64,000 bases of DNA from Eledone cirrhosa (lineage: Eukaryota), in assembly GCA_964016885.1 (NCBI GenBank), contig OZ024740.1, positions 231,694,001 to 231,758,000 on the forward strand, in the 5' to 3' direction. The notes below the pieces were generated by a model. The model had not been told where the DNA came from, did no database searches, and saw only the letters and a list, made by a program, of their open reading frames with translations. Positions 56,406 to 64,000 of this stretch are shown here, piece after piece. The position numbers and the translations under genes are program-made. Numbering within the stretch: position 1 is the first letter of the stretch; every line of letters starts with the position of its first letter.

Positions 56406-56814
56406 CAGACATACCAAGCATCCCCTTCTTTTAACCACACAAACACAGAAGCATTTGCACATATGCACATACACACACTCACGTGTATGTACACATACAC
56501 CTTACTCTCTCCCGACACCTACCACTACTATCACCACTAAACTCTACCCATACGCACTCACACCTCTCCATCCCACTACAACAACTAACCCATCAGCCAA
56601 CCACCCTTACCACTCTTACACCACAAAAACATATACGCACTTTCACTCTAAACACACACACACATACACACAGACACCGGTGTATACTCTAATTCACACA
56701 AACATTACATCCTCGCATGTCCACTACGCTTTCTACTCACACATACACATAACTCCATACACATATACATACACACATGCTACTCTCACCCACACACACC
56801 TGCCTCCTACACAG

Positions 56815-57372
56815 CTAACTACCGCATCGGCGTTTCCCTGAGGCTCGGCCTCTGGATCTGCCAACTATAACAATGTTGCTGCGGTTCCACCGTGGACTCT
56901 TCCGGCTTCCACCCGCCTTCCTATCGCCACTGTGCCGGCCGCATTCCTCGCCGTGCTGACCTCAACGAGGTCATTAAGCATGGTTTGGACGCTGCAGGCT
57001 TCCATTCCCAGCTCGAGCCGGTGGGGCTGGATCGAGGGGACGGCAAAAGGCCAGATGGCATGTCCATCTTCCCGTTCTGCGGGGGCAAACCTATTGTCTG
57101 GGATACCACTTGCACCGACACTTTCTGCAGCTGCAACCTGGTGCAGTCTGCGACTGACCCAGGTTCTGCTGCACGTCGGGCTGAGGGCACCAAACTCCTC
57201 AAATACCGGTCGCTCTTCGACAGGTTTGCGGTCGTACCCCTGGCAGTGGAGTCTTCTTGTGTCCTCGGCCCCAGGGCTACCTCCTTACTCACCACCATAG
57301 GTGCTGAGCTGACCAGCCGCAGGTGTGAGGCCCGCGAGTTGGAGTGGCTTTCCCAGAGCGCCTCCATTGTCT
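56815..57372 (+). mobile_element. CRE-like non-LTR 3' fragment (RLE domain)
   Basis: GRIPRRADLNEVI...LEPVGLDRGDGKRPDG...WDTTCTD...AE..KL.KY...PLAVES..LG. Confidence 0.85.
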
Positions 57373-57437
57373 CACCAAGCATGAAGCTAATAACACTATG
57401 TACCATTGACTCCTGTGTTTGCTTGTTTGTCCCTTTG

Positions 57438-57514
<77 letters not shown>

Positions 57515-57624
57515 ATTAGTATATTTACCAACATATGCGTACAGATGTACACTAATGCTAGCAAATACATAAGTTATGTCATAGTACCTAGGTGGTTCTA
57601 TGCAGGGGGATGCAGAACAATTAT

Positions 57625-57936
57625 ATGAAAGACGTAAAATAAGAAAATTTTAAAAAATTAAGAATCAACTTACTTACTAAAATTTTCACTCCAACTAATT
57701 AGTTTCTGTAATGGGATAAATATAGTTACGCAATGTAACTATCGAGAATTCATTACGTCATCAGGGAGTCTATTCTCAGCTAAGTTAGTGTCCGCGCATC
57801 GCCTGATGACGTAATGAATTCTCGATAGTTACATTGCGTAACTATATTCATCCCATTACAGAAACTAATTAGTTGGAGTGAAAATTTTAGTAAGTAAGTT
57901 GATTCTTAATTTTAAAAAATGTTCTTATTTTACGTC

Positions 57937-57942
<6 letters not shown>
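57625..57942. repeat. Palindromic mini-element, family N, HHR at 57688-57769 (-) and 57803-57879 (+, lacks 5' stem I)
   Basis: The minus strand reads actcc CTGATGA cgtaatg...cattaca GAAA ctaattag TT ggagt. Confidence 0.9.
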
Positions 57943-58018
<76 letters not shown>

Positions 58019-58029
58019 TTATATATATA

Positions 58030-58860
58030 TAAGTATGTATACGTACATACATATATGTATACAGGCGTACAGTAGTATGTATATACATACATACATGCAC
58101 ACATATATATATATGTACGTATGGATTTACTGAACATTTATTATAATGCTCGGTTTGTTTGTAAACAAACAGCCCGAATTATTAACCGTACAGTGTTCGG
58201 TAACCATCGTTGCCATTTTGTTCAACACTGACAAAGGAACGATGAACTAGTTTCTAGCTTATTAGCTCTCATCAGCACCGTATACCTTCCTCTCACTTGA
58301 TTGAACGTTTGAAAGTATATACTTTCCTTATGCATATTAACGGTTGAGCAGCCTAATATGATATCGAATGAGTTAGTCGGCCGGGCGTACCGAAAACGAT
58401 AAATGGAAAAAATGAAATTTCATTTCTCACTATTAGTACAGCTGATACCTAAATATAAGTATGTATACGTACATACATATATGTGTACAGACGCACAGTA
58501 GTATGTATATACATACATGAACATATATATGTACATATGGGTTTACCGAACATTTATTATAATGCTCGGTTTGTTTGTAAACAAACAGCCCGAATTATTA
58601 GCCGTACAGTGTTCGGCAACCAACGTTGGCATTTTGTTCAACACTGACAAAAGAACGATGAACTAGTTTCTAGCTTATTAGCTGTCATCAGCACCGGATA
58701 TCTTCCTGTCAGTTGATTGAACGTTTGCAAGTATATACTGTCCTTATGTATATTAACAGGTGTATACATATATATATACATATATGTATGTACATATACA
58801 TACTTATATTTAAGTATCTGCCGTACTGAGAAATGAAATTTCATTTTTTACCATTTATAT
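58030..58860 (-). repeat. ~416-bp tandem repeat, family K, with HHRs at 58240-58280 and 58656-58696; retrozyme-like
   Basis: The minus strand reads cggtg CTGATGA (g/c)agct-aata-agct-a GAAA ctag TT catcg in both units. Confidence 0.9.
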
Positions 58861-58942
58861 ATATATATATATGAACAACCTTAAATCATAGACAACCTAT
58901 GTATTTCCAGGGGTACTTAGTACCCACGGGCATACTAACTTC

Positions 58943-59258
<316 letters not shown>

Positions 59259-59312
59259 GGAAAAAATGAAATGTATATGTATATATAAATATGAAATGTA
59301 TATATATACACA

Positions 59313-59384
<72 letters not shown>

Positions 59385-59389
<5 letters not shown>

Positions 59390-59929
59390 TAGCGAGGTTT
59401 TTTATATGAAATCGTGTGTCGAAACAAATATTGTTATACTTGGGGAGGGTCATATTTGTGTAATATTGCCAGAATTGATAACAGAACACACTCACTGTTT
59501 GGTTGGTTTTCGCTTCTCGCTGTCTTTTATATCTGCGATCTAACTTACTCGGTCCTCAATGTTGCCATTGACTGACCGACGGTCAAAAATAATACAGATA
59601 CAATATAGACACAAACACATATATATAGTTTACATAATTTACATTATTCTTTCGTTGCACATCTGGAAAAAATATAACACCACTGACGATGTTGCAGATG
59701 TGCAACGAAAGATTTATGTAAATTATGTAAACTATATATATGTGTTTGTGTCTATATTGTATCTGTATTATTTTTGACCGTCGGTCAGTCAATGGCGACA
59801 TTGAGGACCGAGTAAGTTAGATCGCAGATATAAAAGACACAGAAGCGAAAAGCGAAAACCAACCAAACAGTGAGTGTGTTCTGTTATTAATTCTGGCAAT
59901 ATTACACAAATATGACCCTCCCCAAGTAT

Positions 59930-59935
<6 letters not shown>
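59385..59935. repeat. Palindrome (~225-bp arms)
   Basis: 59428-59663 is inverted at 59695-59935. Confidence 0.93.
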
Positions 59936-59975
<40 letters not shown>

Positions 59976-60018
59976 AACAGGAAAGATATTATTATATATA
60001 GATAGATAGATATGCATG

Positions 60019-60071
<53 letters not shown>

Positions 60072-60302
60072 CCTAAAAAATTTAAGATCAGACATCTTGA
60101 CCCAGGTGGATTAATACATATTCTGACGCTTCAATGATTATGAATATAAAGCTGAATGTGTAATTTGGATATATATTTTGATTCATATGTAGGTCTTCTT
60201 TCTCCTGCATTATTCTTAGAATATTACCATGCGTGCAGCTGCGTATATGTGTCTGTATATATGATATGTATGTATGCATGCATATATCTATATATGTATG
60301 TA

Positions 60303-60384
<82 letters not shown>

Positions 60385-60392
<8 letters not shown>

Positions 60393-60780
60393 TATAAGTA
60401 TTAATAAAATAGATGTTCTTTGATCAATTACATTTTATTATACATATTTCGGATGTACAACAGTACGTCCTCAACACAAAAAATATAATGATACATGACA
60501 TACCCTGAGATGTTAAATGGTTAAGATTTAATCAAGGTAGTACTACCTTGATTAAATCTTAACCATTTAACATCTCAGGGTATGTGATGTATCATTATAT
60601 TTTGTCTGATGAGGACGTACTGTTGTACATTCTAAATATGTATAATAAAATGTAATTGATCAAAAGAACATCTATTTTATTAATATTTGTATTTTAATAT
60701 TAATAACTCCTGAAAATTATTTATTAGCGTAGAGTGCTTCCAATCTACTGTAAAACTCATAATTTGACATACTTATTGAA
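60385..60780. repeat. Loop-less palindrome, family O, with complementary-damaged HHRs
   Basis: Centre ggtagt|actacc at 60541/2. Plus arm: CTGATGA ggacgtac-tgtt-gtacattc TAAA tatgta TA. The minus arm keeps GAAA. Confidence 0.88.
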
Positions 60781-60793
60781 TATTGTTTAACAC

Positions 60794-60852
<59 letters not shown>

Positions 60853-60882
60853 CGTATATATATATATATACATATATATATG

Positions 60883-60957
<75 letters not shown>

Positions 60958-60961
<4 letters not shown>

Positions 60962-61007
60962 TGTATGTATACGTACATACATATATGTATACAGACGTAC
61001 AGTACCA

Positions 61008-61045
<38 letters not shown>

Positions 61046-61444
61046 CAGGCACACATATATATATGTACGTATCAGTTTAGCGAATATTTATTATAACATT
61101 CGCTTTGTTCGTTTGTTATCAAAGGGACAGCCTGATTTACGCCGTACGGTGTTAAGGCAACCACGTCACCTTTTTGTTCAACACTGACACAGGAACGATG
61201 TACTAGTTTCAAGCTTGTTAGCTATCGTCAGCACCGTATACCCTTCTGCCAGATGGTTGAACGTTCGAAAGTATATACTTTCCTTATGAAATCGTTCCTG
61301 TGTCAGTGTTGAACAAAAAGGTGACGTGGTTGCCTTAACACCGTACGGCATAAATCAGGCTGTCCGTTTGTTTACAAACGAACAAAGCGAATGTTATAAT
61401 AAATATTCGCTAAACTGATACGTACATATACATATGTGTGCCTG

Positions 61445-61520
<76 letters not shown>

Positions 61521-61950
61521 TGCTACTGTACGTCTGTATACATATATGTATGTACGTATGCATACATACTTACATTTAAGTAAGTGCCGTACTAAGAGTG
61601 AGAAATGAAATTTCGTTTCATTCTATTCCAATTTATCGTTTTCGGTGCGCCTGGCCGACTGAACTCACTCGATATGCAAATTAGGCTGCTCAGCCGTTAA
61701 TTTTCATAAGGAAAGTATATACTTTCGAACGTTCAACCATCTGGCAGAAGGGTATACGGTGCTGACGATAGCTAACAAGCTTCAAACTAGTACATCGTTC
61801 CTGTGTCAGTGTTGAACAAAAAGGTGACGTGGATGCCTTAACACCGTACGGCATAAATCAGGCTGTCCGTTTGTTTACAAACGAACAAAGCGAATGTTAT
61901 AATAAATATCCGCTAAACTGATACGTACATATATATATGTGTGCCTGTAT
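60958..61950. repeat. Family K inverted plus tandem array; HHR 61196-61236 (-) intact, 61757-61797 (+) with GAAA>CAAA
   Basis: cggtg CTGACGA tagct-aaca-agctt GAAA ctag TA catcg. Inversion junction at ~61290. Confidence 0.9.
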
Positions 61951-61977
61951 GTATATATATATATATATATATATATA

Positions 61978-62394
61978 GTAATAATAATAAAATTGAAGAC
62001 TAAAATCCAAAGAGGGCTCGATAAGGAAAATATATCAAATATATAAGAACCGTATGACTTATTATCTTCGTTTTTTTGTTCATTGCCAGAGAACGTCTCT
62101 ATGCACCACCTAAGAGAACATTAGTCTACGACCTCTTTTATACCATAAACGTGGTTTTGTCTTTGCACGTAATTGTTTTTCACCGCTCCTATTAATGACG
62201 TATTATTCGTTTTTTCCCGTTCTTTGCCAGCGAACGGTACCACGAACCAAAGTATCGTCTTCCTGTCTTCCTCCGGCTGCAACGTTTTTTGAAATATCCA
62301 GTTCTGCGTTTACAGATTGACTTTGTTAGTTTCAGAAGATCCCGTTAAGGGTGAAAGCAGCGATTCTTTGCTTAAACTTTAATCTGTTATTTTA

Positions 62395-62400
<6 letters not shown>
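61978..62400 (+). repeat. Family E copy with inverted tail; HHR at 62328-62378
   Basis: Matches 27970-28320. 61978-62052 is the inverse of 15415-15492. Confidence 0.88.
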
Positions 62401-62452
<52 letters not shown>

Positions 62453-62561
62453 GCATGCTACTGCACGTCTGTATACATATATGTATGTACGTATACATAC
62501 ATACTTACATTTAAGTAAGTGCCGTACTAAGAGTGAGAAATGAAATTTCGTTTCATTCTAT

Positions 62562-62596
<35 letters not shown>

Positions 62597-62601
<5 letters not shown>

Positions 62602-63207
62602 GGTCACCACTTGGTGCTACTGGTAACATGCATCCCAGTACAACCTGTCTCATGGTCGGGTCGTTGGTGACTAAACTGGCAACCCCACCAAGGTTTCTTG
62701 GTGAGGAGGGTGACTTTGGACATCCTGCAGGACTAAAAACAAAACCTGTCAAAGGGCAAAGGAGCTCTTAAAGTCAATGGCCATCCAAAATCAGCGGGAG
62801 AGATGACCCCTTAGCCTTTGTCAAGGCAGAATTCGAGGAGAAGGAAAACTCTGATATAACACCTGCAACCCTGATGGTATCCAATGATGCTGACTTGTTC
62901 TTCTTTTTGGTAAATATCATCTTGGTTAAGAGAGTGGGAATGGCTTTGTGTAGTGCCTTTGCTCACTAGAAAAGCTCCACGGCACAGGCATTGCTTTATA
63001 TCTGGAGATCTCTCTGCACTTGTCGTCACATGGTACCATGGGCCCAGCACTATGTGTCAATAATTGTCACAAGTGTAGTATCTGTACCAGAGCTTTCAAG
63101 TCGCTGGCTGGACTAAAAAGTCACACTCGTTCAGCGCATCAGTAGGGGTTCTCCTACATGGATATAAAGTAGTGGCCGTACTCGAAAACGAGTTGGCAGC
63201 CACCATA
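62597..63207 (+). mobile_element. Non-autonomous RTE derivative, full length, in (TA)n
   Basis: Reverse complement of 4781-5390. Confidence 0.7.
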
Positions 63208-63239
63208 TATATATGTGCGTGTGTATGTATATATATATG

Positions 63240-63273
<34 letters not shown>

Positions 63274-63959
63274 TGTATGTATATATATATGTATGTATGT
63301 GTGTGTGTGTGTGTCTGTGTGTGTGTGTCTGTGTGTGTGTATGTGTGTGTGTGTGTGTATTTTAGTAGTCTAGGAAAGATATATTAACAAACTCTGTAAC
63401 GTAATGTTGAAAAGTAATAACTTTTCCTACACGGCGAACACAATCACTACTTCATCAACATAAGCATACAGAGCACGAATGAATGAAGTTTGTGGGTACT
63501 CAACTGCCAAATATATCTCGTGTCAAGCCCCGAGGTCTTAGCAAAGTAGAATGCAATCAGTCTCCTTCCTCCCTCTCTCTCCCTCTCTCTCCCTCTCTTT
63601 CCTCTGTATACATATGTATATATAAACGCTCCCCACCTTCACACATATATATATAAATATAAATTGTATGTGAATCAGTGAAATACTAGAGGTGGTACAA
63701 AATGAACCCTCGATGCACAGGTAGTGTGTATATAATTTGAAAAACCATGAAGTTTCATTAACATGTATTTATGTTTTTATTGTATATCGACCTGTACGCG
63801 CGATTACAAGATGATTGAGCAGACCAATCCTGGAGTCGGGTCCATGGGTAACCTTGAACCAATCATCTGCGAAAAGCGCGTAATATGTCAATATACTATA
63901 AATACATAAATGCATGTAAACGAATCTTTTCTTGTATAAATATATATATTATATATATG

Positions 63960-64000
63960 TGTTTTCAAATCCCGTCGAGGTTAACTTTGTCTTTCATCCT
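63960..64000 (+). mobile_element. Meta-like SINE fragment (runs off window)
   Basis: ttcaaatcccgtcgaggttaactttgtctttcatcct. Confidence 0.7.

Overview
This is an AT-rich, microsatellite-saturated animal genomic window that is essentially gene-free; the SINE and repeat content suggests a cephalopod, which is inference only. Most ORF-track entries are translations of (TA)n, (CA)n or (TATG)n. The real content is decayed transposable elements: several Penelope-like elements (RT + GIY-YIG), RTE, L1/Tx1-like, R4/Dong-like and CRE-like LINE fragments, a mariner end, Helentron-like ends and many tRNA-derived SINEs. There is one candidate host exon. The main signal is a very dense set of type I hammerhead ribozyme (HHR) motifs: roughly 16 sequence-distinct families and more than 35 complete or partial copies, read by eye. 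They sit in (i) PLE terminal repeats, (ii) short non-coding palindromic insertions in (TA)n tracts and (iii) two tandem arrays (~320 and ~416 bp units) that resemble non-LTR retrozymes. Several families carry fixed non-canonical cores (covarying U3-A8, or U4A). Coordinates of decayed elements are approximate. No folding or database search was run.
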